Shown piece after piece: positions 13,076 through 25,165 of a stretch of DNA of 64,000 nt. Where the stretch lies: contig JAUCBJ010005407.1 in assembly GCA_032718475.1 (NCBI GenBank), positions 10,239-74,238 on the forward strand, written 5' to 3'. The DNA is from Nemertoderma westbladi (lineage: Eukaryota; Animalia; Xenacoelomorpha). Every line of letters starts with the position of its first letter. Within the stretch, counting starts at the first letter, position 1. Under the pieces are notes generated by a model that saw nothing but the letters and a program-made list of their open reading frames with translations, was not told the DNA's origin and did not search any database. A program made the translations under genes and the position numbers.

Positions 13076-14343
13076 ACTAGAAAGGCATTTCCTAAAGGAA
13101 ATGCAACCACGAAGCTAAGGAAAATTAAACAAACGGCCACAATTTGGTTCGTTGCTTAGCCTAGTTTAGTAGCATTTGCCAATAAATAACTTCTATTCCC
13201 ATGGAAACTAGAGTTCTCTGGAACTGTTGGTTTTACCTTTGAAAAAAGATTCAGTCCAGATTGTTTTTCAGATAACACATCAAGTTTCAGAAAATATTGT
13301 AGTTTATGTCCAAATTACAGATTTTCTATCAAAATGCATCTGTTTGCAGTGGTTGTCATGGAAACTGAAAAATAGAACAATGTAATTCGGATGCAGAATA
13401 AGTCATATAGTGGGGGTAGGTGTTGGTCCCAAGTCATAATACTATTAAATTGTGCTTCAAATTATCATTTTATTAATTTTAACATCTGTTTACTCTTGTT
13501 GCTATGGTAAATGGATTTTCTAATTAACTTCGAACGGCTTGTATATGGACCTTATAGATGAGTTGCAAAACCCCAAGTTTATATATATTACAGTTTTTCT
13601 CCAAATAGAGTTATGATTATAGACTTGAATGATATATAACTTTAAAAAAACTACAGTTACCATGGTAACTAGATATTTCTGGAATGTTTTGAGTTTCACT
13701 AAAAGTTCCAACTAGTGGTCCAGATAACACATACCTAGTTTCGTAAAATTTTATCGTGAAGTCTATGTACAAATGAATAATTTTCGTATAAAAACATCTG
13801 TTTTCAGCGGTTGTCAAGGTAACTGCAAAATAGAACAATCAAATTCGGACGCAGAATAAGTTATATAGTGGGGGTAGGGATTGGTCCCAAGTCATCACAC
13901 CTTAACCTTAGGCTTCAAATTAACATTTTAAAAATTTTAACATCTGTTTAGCCCGGTTGCCAAGGTAACTGGATTTTCTATTGAACCTCAATCGGCTCTG
14001 CTATGGACCTTATAGTTGAGTTGAGAAACCCCAAGTTTATATGTATTATAGTTTTCCTACAAATAGAGTTACAAATATTGACTTGAAATACATAGACTTT
14101 TTTCTAAGTCCGTTGCCATGGAAACCAGATTTTTCCTGGATATGAGACCCATCCCACACGACGCGCCTTGATGAGTTGTATATACATGCAAAATTTCAGG
14201 GTACTTTTAAAGGCTAGTTTTTTCCCCGACCAAAAAACCCCAAATCTGCCCCATACAAGTAAAATAGCCCACTATGAATAGACCATCTCAGCTAAGGAAA
14301 ATCTTTCTTAGCGAAAGTAGTTGATTTTCCTTAGCTTCGTGGA
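13076..14343 (-). mobile_element. Helentron-like element copy 4, complete
   Basis: Both termini present (actagaaaggc... to ...cttcgtgga). Confidence 0.85.
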
Positions 14344-14389
14344 TTTTTTGAAACTCGGTATATGTGTTATCTGAACCATAAACTAGAAT

Positions 14390-15643
14390 ACTAGAAAGGC
14401 ATTTCCTAAAGGAAATGCAACCACGAAGCTAAGGAAAATTAGACACTCTTTGACTCATCAGTTCATTGATTTACCGAGTTAAAAGAACTCCCGGTATTGC
14501 CAAGGTAACTGGACTTTTCTAGAAATGCTGAGTTTTACATTAAGATCTAGTTTGTGGTTCCAGGTGACACATCGACTTCAAGGAAGCTTCATTGAGTAGT
14601 TTATGTGCAAAATTAATTATTAATTTGTTAAAAAGTCTGTTTGCAGTGGTTGTCAAGGTAACTGGCAAATAGAACAACGTAGATTGGATGCAGAATAAGT
14701 GATATTATGGTGGTAGGGGTTGGTCCCAAGTCATAATGCCTTTAACTTGTGTTTCTAATTATAATTTTTTAAATTATAACATCTGTTTAGCCTGGTTACC
14801 AAGGTAACTGGATTTTCTAATTAACCACAATTGGCTCCTCTAAGGACCTTCCTTATAGTTGAGTTGGGAAACCCAATATTTATATCTAATACAGTTTTCC
14901 TACAAACAAGAGTTAAAAATATAGACTTGAATGATATTGACTTTAATAAGCTCCAGTTACCATGGTAACTAGATATTTCTGGAATGTTTTGAGTTTCACT
15001 AAAAGTTCCAACTAGTGGTCCAGATAACACATACCCAGTTTTGTAAAATTTTATCGTGAAGTCTATGTCCAAATGAATAATTGTTGTATAAAAACATCTG
15101 TTTTCAGCGGTTGTCATGGTAACTGCAAAATAGAACAATCAAATTCGGACGCAGAATAAGTTATATAGTGGGGGTAGGGATTGGTCCCAAGTCATCACAC
15201 CTTAACCTTAGGCTTCAAATTAACATTTTAAAAATTTTAACATCTGTTTAGCCCGGTTGCCAAGGTAACTGGATTTTCTATTTAACCTCAATTGGCTCTG
15301 TTATGGACCTTATAGTTGTGTTGGGAAACCCCAAGTTTATATGTATTATAGTTTTCCTACAAATAGAGTTACAAATATTGACTTGAAATACATAGACTTT
15401 TTTCTAAGTCCGTTGCCATGGAAACCAGATTTTTCCTGGATATGAGACCCATCCCACACGACGCGCCTTGATGAGTTGTATATACATGCAAAATTTCAGG
15501 GTACTTTTAAAGGCTAGTTTTTTCACCTATCAAAAAACACTAAATCTGCTCCATACAAGTAAAACAGCCCACTATGAATAGACCATCTCAGCTAAGGAAA
15601 ATCTTTCTTAGCGAAAGTAGTTGATTTTCCTTAACTTCGTGGA
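14390..15643 (-). mobile_element. Helentron-like element copy 5, complete, divergent 3' subrepeat type
   Basis: Both termini present. The 3' internal segment (ctttgactcatcagttcattg...) resembles copies 7 and 9 rather than 1, 3 and 4. Confidence 0.85.
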
Positions 15644-16718
15644 TAACACATATACCGAGTTTCAGAAAATATTGTAGTTTATGTCCAAATTACCGATTTT
15701 CTATCAAAATGCATCTGTTTGCAGTGGTTGTCATGGAAACTGAAAAATATAATAATGTAATTCGGATGCAGAATAAGTCATATAGTGGGGGTAGGTCTTG
15801 GTCCCAAGTCATAATACTATTAACTTGTGCTTCAAATTATCATTTTATAAATAGTAACATCTGTTTAGTCTTGTTGCTATGGTAACTGTACTTTCTAATT
15901 AACCTCAAACGGCTTGGATGGATATGGAAATTATAGATGAGTTACAAAACCCCAAGTTTATATATATTACAGTTTTGCTAGAAATAGAGTTATCAATATA
16001 GACTTGAATGATATAGAGTTTAATAAACTACAGTTACCATGGTAACTAAATTTCTGGAATGATTTAAGTTTCACTAAAAGTTCCAACTAGTGGTGCAGAT
16101 AACACATACCCAGTTTTGTAAAATTTTATCGCGAAGTCTATGTCCAAATGAATAATTTTTGTATAAAAACATCTGTTTTCGGCTGTTGTCATGGTAACTG
16201 AAAAATAGAACAATGTAATTCGGATGCAGAATAAGTTATATAGTGGGGGTAGGGGTTGGTCTCAAGTCATAACACCTTGCCCTTAGGCCTCAAATTATCA
16301 TTTTATAAATTTTAACATCTGTTTATCCCGGTTGCCAACGTAACTGGATTTTCTATTTAGCCTCAATCGGATCTGCTATGGACCTTATAGTTGTGTTGCA
16401 AAACCCCAAGTTTAAATCTATTATAGTTTTCCTACAAATAGAGTTATAAATATTGACTTGAAATACATAGACTTTTTTTGAAGTCCGTTGCCATGGAAAC
16501 CAGATTTTTCCTGGATATGAGACCCGGCCCAAAAGATGCGCCTCGCCGAGTAGTATATACATGCAAAATTTCAGGGTACTTTTAAAGGCTAGTTTTTTCG
16601 CCTATCAAAAAACCCCAAATCTGCCTCACACAAGTAAAATAGCCCACTATGAATAGACCATCTCAGCTAAGGAAAATCTTTCTTAGCGAAAGTAGTTGAT
16701 TTTCCTTAGCTTCGTGGA
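15644..16718 (-). mobile_element. Helentron-like element copy 6, lacks its 3' about 200 bp
   Basis: Begins mid-element (taacacatataccgagtttcag) immediately after copy 5; 5' terminus intact at 16718. Confidence 0.82.
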
Positions 16719-16732
16719 ACTCATATAGTGAG

Positions 16733-17966
16733 GGCATTTCCTAAAGGAAATGCAACCACGAAGCTAAGGAAAATTAACACCTTTGCTTCAGTTCATTGAT
16801 TAGTTATAAATTTTGACATCTGTTTAGTCTTATTGCCATGGTAACTGGATTTCGTATGAACCTCGCTGGCTTTTACTATTAAGATCTAGTTGTAGTTCAC
16901 ATACACCGAATTTCAAAAAGTATTGTAGTTTATGTCCAAATTACCGATTTTCTATCAAAATGCATCTGTTTGCAGTGGTTGTCATGGAAACTGAAAAATA
17001 GAACAATGTAATTCGGATGCAGAATAAGTCATATAGTGGGGGTAGGTGTTGGCCCTCAAGTCATAATACTATTAACTTGTGCTTCAAATTATCATTTTAT
17101 AAATTTTAACATCTGTTTAGTCTTGTTGCTATGGTAACTGGATTTTCTAATTAACCTCGAACGTCTTGGATATGGACCTTATAGATGAGTTGCAAAACCC
17201 CAAGTTATATATATTACAGTTTTGCTACAAATAGTGTAATGAATATAGAATTGAATTATATAGACTTTAATAAACTACAGTTACCATGGTAAATAGATAT
17301 TTCTGGAATGTTTTGAGTTTCACTAAAAGTTTAACTAGTGGACCAGATAACACATACCCAGTTTCGGATAATTTGATCGCGAAGTCTATGTCCAAAAGAG
17401 CTATATTTGTATCAAAACATCTGTTTTAAGCGGTTGTCATGGGAACAGGAAAATGGAACAGTGAAATTCGGATGCAGAATAAGTCATATAGTGGGGGTAA
17501 GGGTTGGTCCCAAGTCATAACACATTAACCTTAGGCTTCAAATTAACATTTTATAAATTTTAACATCTGTTTAGCCCGGTTGCCAAGGTAACTGGATTTT
17601 CTATTGAACCTCAATCGGCTCTGTTATGGACCTTATAGTTGAGTTGAGAAACCCCAAGTTTATATCTATTATAGTTTTCCTAAAAATAGAGTTATAAATA
17701 TTGACTTGAAATACATAGACTTTTTTTGAAGTCCGTTGCCATGGAAACCAGATTTTTCCTGGATATGAGACCCGGCCCAAAAGATGCGCCTCGCCGAGTA
17801 GTATATACATGCAAAATTTCAGGGTACTTTTAAAGGCTAGTTTTTTAACCTATCAAAAAAAACCAAATCTGCCTCATACAAGTAAAATAGCCCACTATGA
17901 ATAGACCATCTCAGCTAAGGAAAATCTTTCTTAGCGAAAGTAGTTGATTTTCCTTAGCTTCGTGGA
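16733..17966 (-). mobile_element. Helentron-like element copy 7, nearly complete
   Basis: Hairpin and subTIR start at 16733 (last few terminal bases missing); 5' terminus at 17966. Confidence 0.83.
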
Positions 17967-18236
17967 TGTAACGAAATAATTGTTTTTGGGTTTGGAAGCC
18001 TCCCCAAATAGTTGATATACGATTATATTTAAAATTATTTCCATGGTCATGGTCATTCACCCGTCTTTAGTTAGAAATTTGTTTGCATGAAAGACAGTTT
18101 AGTTTAGTTTTTACTGATTTATTATCTCTTATCTGACTGGGGTAATAATAAAGGATAGGATAAATGGAAGCAAAGTGTGACAGTAACAAATATTTCCCCG
18201 TCACCCTAGCATGTCTTAAGTATATGATATATCAAA

Positions 18237-18285
18237 GGGGGAAGTTTGGATTCACTGCATAAATGCAGTTCACCAAACTTCCCCC
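18237..18285. other. Near-perfect hairpin gggggaagtttgg-attc-actgcat-aa-atgcagt-tca-ccaaacttccccc
   Basis: 13-bp outer stem and 7-bp inner stem; aacttccccc recurs near 18299. Confidence 0.7.
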
Positions 18286-18927
18286 GAATGCACACTGTAA
18301 CTTCCCCCTTCCCCCAAATATCCACTGTTGAATTAATTTGAAGCGATATAATAAGTACAAAATTGTGCGAGTTTTTAATTGTGTGGTCCAATTGTTATTT
18401 GATTTCTATTTATTATTTAAAGTGCATTTAATATCACACTGGTTTTTAGAATATTATACTATACAACCTTATGTTTTATTAATTTACCCAATCGAAGCCT
18501 CATAAGGGCCGGTTATTTGTACGCATATCCCCTAATGCGCTCAGTAAGGTTCAAACAACATATTATTAATATGAAAATAAAGTATCTGCAAAGAAAAGAA
18601 TCCAATACTATATAATTTGACCTTATTAAAAAATTTGCACTATTGCACACTTATTTGTACAAATGCACTTTAGCAGATCGTAATGGTGGCTCTTATTTAA
18701 CAAACTTATGTTTATCCTCTACCGATCTACAATGGTGTATGATCAAGTGTCAGTCGCTAAAAGTGTCAAAAATCCAATTTAATAAATCTGGATTTGCGAT
18801 TTTGGACCATATTCATGGACATTTTTAAGTCTCTTTATAGACATAAAAAGTTAAACAAATGTTACGATTATAGTTAGAAATCATTCCAAACTACATTTTA
18901 ATCCAAAAAATAACATTCTACGATGAA

Positions 18928-20199
18928 TCCACGAAGCTAAGGAAAATCAACTACTTTCGCTAAGAAAGATTTTCCTTAGCTGAGATGGTCTATTCATAGT
19001 GGGCTATTTTACTTGTATGAGGCAGATTTGGGGTTTTTTGATAGGTGAAAAAACTAGCCTTTAAAAGTACCCTGAAATTTTGCTTGTATATACTTCTCGT
19101 CGAGGCGCATCTTTTGGGCTGGGTCTCATATCCAGGAAAAATCTGGTTTCCATGGAAACGGACTTCAAAAAAAGTCTATGTATTTCAAGTCAATCTTTAT
19201 AACTCTATTTGTAGGAAAACTATAATAGATATAAACTTGGGGTTTCGCAACACAACTATAAGGTCCATAGCAGATCCGATTGAGGCTAAATAGAAAATCC
19301 AGTTACCTTGGCAACCGGGATAAACAGATGTTAAAATTTATAAAATGTTAATTTGAGGCCTACGGGCAAGGTGTTATGACTTGGGACCAATCCCTACCCC
19401 CACTATATAACTTATTCTGCATCCGAATTACATTGTTCTATTTTTCAGTTACCATGACAACCGCTGAAAACAGATGTTTTTATACAAAAATTATTCACTT
19501 GGACATAGACTTAGCGATAAAATTTTACAAAACTGGGTTTGTGTTATCTGGACCACTAGTTGGAACTTTTAGTAAAACTTTAATTATTCCAGAAATTTAG
19601 TCACCATGGTAACTGTAGTTTATTAAACTCTATATCATTCAAGTCTATATTGATAACTCTATTTGAGGCAAAACTGTAATATATATAAACTTGGGGTTTT
19701 GCAACTCATCTATAAGATCCATATCCAAGCCGTTTGAGGTTAATTAGAAAATACAGTTACCATAGCACCAGGTCTAAACAGATGTTAAAATTTATAAAAT
19801 GATAATTTGAAATACAAGTTAATAGTATTATAACTTCAGACTAACCCCTACCCCCACTATATGACTTATTCTGCATCCGAATTACATTGTTCTATTTTTC
19901 AGTTTCCGTGACAACCACTGCAAACAGATGCATTTTGATAGAAAATCGGTAATTTGGACATAAACTACAATATTTTCTGAAACTCGATATGTGTTATCTT
20001 TATCTGAACCACAATCTGGACTGAATCTTTTTTCAAAGGTAAAACCAACAGTTCCAGAGAATTCTAGTTTCCATGGGAATATAAGTTATTTATTGGCAAA
20101 TGCTACTAAACTAGGCTAAGCAACAAACCAAATTGTGGCCCTTTGTTTAATTGTCCTTAGCTTCGTGGTTGCATTTCCTTTAGGAAATGCCTTTCTAGT
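18928..20199 (+). mobile_element. Helentron-like element copy 8, complete
   Basis: tccacgaagctaaggaaaatc... to ...gcatttcctttaggaaatgcctttctagt. Confidence 0.85.
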
Positions 20200-20261
20200 T
20201 AACTTATACTAAAGCACCCCAATTAATTGCTATTGTCCAGCTACCAGGTGAAATCCCGAAG

Positions 20262-21846
20262 TCCACGAAGCTAAGGAAAATCAACTACTTTCGCTAAGAA
20301 AGATTTTCCTTAGCTGAGATGGTCTATTCATAGTGGGCTATTTTACTTGTGTGAGGCAGATTTGGTTTTTTTTGGTCGGGGAAAAAACTAGCCTTTAAAA
20401 GTACCCTGAAATTTTGCATGTATATACTACTCGACGAGGCGCATCTTTTGGGCCGGGTCTCATATCCAGGAAAAATCTGGTTTCCATGGCAACGGACTTC
20501 AAAAAAAGTCTATGTATTTCAAGTCAATATTTGTAACTCTATTTGTAGGAAAACTATAATACATATAAACTTGGGGTTTCTCAACACAACTATAAGGTCC
20601 ATAGCAGAGCCGATTGAGGTTAAATAGAAAATCCAGTCACCTTGGCAACCGGGCTAAACAGATGTTAAAATTTTTAAAATGTTAATTTGAAGCCTAAGGT
20701 TAAGGTGTTATGACTTGGGACCAACCGCTACCCCCACTATATAACTTATTCAGCGTCCAAATTGAATTGTTCTATTTTGCAGTTACCATGACAACCGCTG
20801 AAAACGTTACCGAGGTAACTGGAGTTTATTACAGATTATCTCATTCAAGACTATATTCATAACTCTATTTGTAGAAAAACCGCAACAGATATAAACTTGG
20901 GGTTTCTCAACTCAATTATAAGGGCCATAGTCGAGCAGATTGAGGTAAATTAAAAAATCCTGTTACCATGGCAACCAGGCTAAACAGATGTTCAAATTTA
21001 TAAAATGATAATTTTAAGCAAAAGTTAAAGGTATTATGACATTGGACCAATCCCTACCCCCTCTATATAACTAATTCAGCATCCGAATTACGTTGTTCTA
21101 TTTTTTAGTTTCCATGGCAACCGCTAAAAACAGATGTTTTGACACAAAAATTGTTCATTTTGAACATAGACTAAACGATAACATTCTCTGAAACTCGGTA
21201 TGTGATATCTGGACTCCTATTTGGATCTTTTTTAAAAGCTCAAAACTTCTAGAAATATCTAGTTACCAAGGTAACTGGAATTTAATAAAATCTATTACAT
21301 TAAAGTCTATATTATTAACTCTATTTGTACAACAACCATAATAGATCGAAACTTGAAGTTTTTCAACTCAATTATAAGGACAATAGTTGCGCTTATTGAG
21401 GTCAATTAGAAAATTCAGTTACCAGGCAACCAGGCTAAACAGATGTTCAAATTTATAAAATAATTACTTAAGCCATAACATTAAGATATTAAGACTTGGG
21501 ACCAACCCCTACCCCCACTATATCACTTATTCTGCATCCTAATTAACGTTTTTACATTTATCAGTTTCCAAGACAACCACTGCAAACTGATGTTTTAACA
21601 AATACATCCTTAATTTTGTACATCAACTACTCAATGAAACTTCCTTGAAGTCAATTTGTGTCATGGAACTACAAACTGGATCTTAATGTAAAACCGAGCA
21701 GTTCTAGAAAACTCCAGTTGCCATGGTGATGGGAGTTGAATTAAGACATATGACTTTTAACTAGAGCCAATGAACTGATGAGTCAAAGTGTGTTTAATTT
21801 TCCTTGGCTTCGTGGTTGCATTTCCTTTAGGAAATGCCTTTCTCGT
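20262..21846 (+). mobile_element. Helentron-like element copy 9, longer variant with three internal subrepeats and an internal deletion near 20805
   Basis: Both termini present. The cccactatat...ttattc motif occurs three times (about 20734, 21060, 21515) versus twice in other copies. Confidence 0.85.
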
Positions 21847-23110
21847 TAAGGAAAATCAACTACTTTCGCTAAGAAAGATTTTCCTTAGCTGAGATGGTCT
21901 ATTCATAGTGGGCTATTTTACTTGTGTGAGGCAGATTTGGGGTTTTTTGATAGGCGAAAAAACTAGCCTTTAAAAGTACCCTGAAATTTTGCATGTATAT
22001 ACTACTCGACGAGGCGCATCTTTTGGGCCGGGTCTCATATCCAGGAAAAATCTGGTTTCCATGGCAACGGACTTCAAAAAAAGTCTATGTATTTCAAGTC
22101 AATATTTATAACTCTATTTGTAGGAAAACTATAATAGATATAAACTTGGGGTTTCGCAACACAACTATAAGGTCCATAGCAGATCCGATTGAGGCTAAAT
22201 AGAAAATCCAGTTACCTTGGCAACCGGGATAAACAGATGTTAAAATTTATAAAATGTTAATTTGAAGCCTAAGGGCAAGGTGTTATGACTTGGGACCAAC
22301 CCCTACCCCCACTATATAACTTATTCTGCATCCGAATTACATTGTTCTATTTTTCAGTTACCATGACAACCGCTGAAAACAGATGTTTTTATTCAAAACT
22401 TATTCATTTGGACATAGACTTCACGATAAAATTTTACAAAACTGGGTATGTGTTATCTGGACCACTAGTTGGAACTTTTAGTGAAACTCAAAACATTCCA
22501 GAAATATCTAGTTACCGTGGTAACTGGAGTTTATTACAGATCTATATCATTCAAGTCTATATTCATAACTCTATTTGTAGAAAAACCGCAATAGATATAA
22601 ACTTGGGGTTTCTCAACTCAACTATAAGGTTCATATCCAAGCCGTTCGAGGTTAATTAGAAATTCCAGTCACCATAGCAACAAGACTAAACAGATATTAA
22701 AATTTATAAAATGATAATTTGAAGCACAAGTTAATAGTATTATGACTTGGGACCAACACCTACCCCCACTATATGACTTATTCTGCATCCGAATTACATT
22801 GTTCTATTTTTCAGTTTCCATGACAACCACTACAAACAGATGCATTTTGATAGAAAATCGGTAATTTGGACATAAACTACAATATTTTCTGAAACTCAGT
22901 AATGTGTTATCTGAACCACAATCTGTACTGAATTTTTTTTCAAAGGTTAAAGCAACAGTTCCAGCGAACTCTAGTTTCCATGGGAATAGAAGTTAATTAT
23001 TGACAATTGCTACTAAACGAGGCTAAGCAAGCAACGAACCAAAGTGTGGCCGTTTGTTTAATTTTCCTTAGCTTCGTGGTTGCATTTCCTTTAGGAAATG
23101 CCTTTCTCGT
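21847..23110 (+). mobile_element. Helentron-like element copy 10, missing first about 10 nt; near-identical inverted twin of copy 1
   Basis: Starts taaggaaaatc directly after copy 9. Shares private variants with copy 1 (gcaagcaacg duplication, ccagcgaact). Confidence 0.85.
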
Positions 23111-23137
23111 TATCGTGTTCTAGGATATCTCTAATTG

Positions 23138-24405
23138 TCCACGAAGCTAAGGAAAATCAACTACTTTCGCTAAGAAAGATTTTCCTTAGCTGAGATGGTC
23201 TATTCATAGTGGGCTATTTTACTTGTATGGAGCAGATTTGTTTTTTTTTGATAGGTGAAAAAACTAGCCTTTAAAAGTACCCTGAAATTTTGCATGTATA
23301 TACTACTCGACGAGGCGCATCTTTTGGGCCGGGTCTCATATCCAGGAAAAATCTGGTTTCCATGGCAACGGACTTCAAATAAAGTCTATGTATTTCAAGT
23401 CAATATTTATAACTCTATTTGTAGGAAAACTATAATAGATATAAACTTGGGGTTTCGCAACACAACTATAAGGTCCATAGCAGATCCGATTGAGGCTAAA
23501 TAGAAAATCCAGTTACCTTGGCAACCGGGATAAACAAATATTAAAATTTATAAAATGTTAATTTGAAGCCTAAGGTTAAGGTGTTATGACTTGGGACCAA
23601 CCCCTACCCCCACTATATAACTTATTCTGCATCCGAATTACATTGTTCTATTTTTCAGTTACCATGACAACCGCTGAAAACAGATGTTTTTATTCAAAAC
23701 TTATTCATTTGGACATAGACTTCACGATAAAATTTTACAAAACTGGGTATGTGTTATCTGGACCACTAGTTGGAACTTTTAGTGAAACTTAAATTATTCC
23801 AGAAATTTAGTTACCATGGTAACTGTAGTTTATTAAACTCTATATCATTCAAATCTATATTGATAACTCTATTTGTAGCAAAACTGTAATATATATAAAC
23901 TTGGGGTTTTGCAACTCATCTATAAGATCCATATCCAAGCCGTTTGAGGTTAATTAGAAAATACAGTTACCATAGCAACAAGTCTAAACAGATGTTAAAA
24001 TTTATAAAATGATAATTTGAAGCACAATTTAATAGTATTATGACTTGGGATTAACCCCTACCCCCACTATATGACTTATTCTGCATCCGAATTACATTGT
24101 TCTATTTTTCAGTTTCCATGACAACCACTGCAAACAGATGCATTTTGATAGAAAATCGGTAATTTGGACATAAACTACAATATTTTCTGAAACTCAGTAT
24201 ATGTGTTATCTGAACCACAATCTGTACTGAATTTTTTTTCAAAGGTTAAAGCAACAGTTCCAGAGAACTCTAGTTTCCATGGGAATAGAAGTTAATTATT
24301 GACAATTGCTACTAAACGAGGCTAAGCAACGAACCAAAGTGTGGCCGTTTGTTTAATTTTCCTTAGCTTCGTGGTTGCAATTCCTTTAGGAAATGCCTTT
24401 CTCGT
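23138..24405 (+). mobile_element. Helentron-like element copy 11, complete
   Basis: Both termini present; one mismatch in the 3' hairpin (gcaattcct). Confidence 0.85.
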
Positions 24406-24438
24406 ATATTTATTAAATATATAGAACAAATGGCCTGC

Positions 24439-24475
24439 TATTGGGGTCGCTTAAAGACCCTAAGCGACCCCAATA
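24439..24475. other. Perfect 15-bp inverted repeat with 7-nt loop (tattggggtcgctta-aagaccc-taagcgaccccaata)
   Basis: Read directly from the sequence. Confidence 0.8.
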
Positions 24476-24555
24476 TTCAGCGAACGATAATTCTTACAAT
24501 CTTTGAACGCCCATCTCAACGAAATATAGCTAATTTACATATTTGTAATCCTCGC

Positions 24556-25165
24556 AATAATAATAATAATAATAATGATGCATTTGTATAGCGCCGAATT
24601 TACAACAATAGAAGTATGCTAAGGCGCTTACGTCACAAGCAATATAACATTAAAACTAGCAGTGCAAGTAGTACAGAAATTAAAAAATTATAGTCGTCAC
24701 TAACGATAAAACGTGCAGTTCGAAATGACTAAAAGTTATTACAATCGTTAAAAAGTGGAACATACAGTACAAATTGAAGTTAAAGAATAGAAGTTTACAG
24801 TTTATGGAGAGTTGATTGGATATCTAAAGTTGGAATAAAATAATTAGAGAGTTCATGATTTGGAGTTTAATTATATGCAATTTCAAAAAGATGTGTTTTG
24901 AGTCGCTGTTTAAAAATTGTGGTGTCGGAAATCGAGCGGATATCTTTTGGGAGTTTGTTCCAGAGTCGTGGGATGGCTACTGGGAATGCCCGGCGCCCTA
25001 GGGTTTGACAGTTGAATCGCGGCTCAACGAAAGTGAGTGAAGAGCAATTCCTTGTAGTGTTGTTATTGCGATTGACCCGGTCAAGCATGTCAGATATGTA
25101 ATGTGGTGCGTGACCTAAGGTGGACTTGTGGACAAGGAGAAGCAATTTAAACTTTGCGCAACGCA
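24556..25165 (-). mobile_element. 5'-truncated L2-type LINE: ORF2 C-terminus, 3' UTR, stem-loop and (TTA)n tail
   Basis: ORF 24867-25166 carries FKLLLLVHK..APHYISD..GRRAF...PRLWNKLP..IR...FKQRLKTHLF, typical of L2/CR1 ORF2 ends. Minus-strand agcgcc...ggcgctatacaaat precedes the tail. Confidence 0.88.

Noticed and set aside
10686-23792. Recurrent ORFs MTWDQPLPP... and MYILLDEAH... in the element copies
   Set aside because: Lengths and frames vary between copies and there are no Rep (HUH) or helicase motifs; recurrence reflects DNA-level repetition.
10169-24405. CRISPR-like or integron-like reading of repeats with variable spacers
   Set aside because: Repeats are about 1.3 kb with transposon termini, spacers are irregular and partly element-derived, there are no cas or integrase genes, and the context is eukaryotic. 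The short-unit arrays have no unique spacers either.
24553-25165. Possible 5-bp TSD (cgcaa) around the first L2 fragment
   Set aside because: Too short and overlapping the tail and ORF; could be chance.
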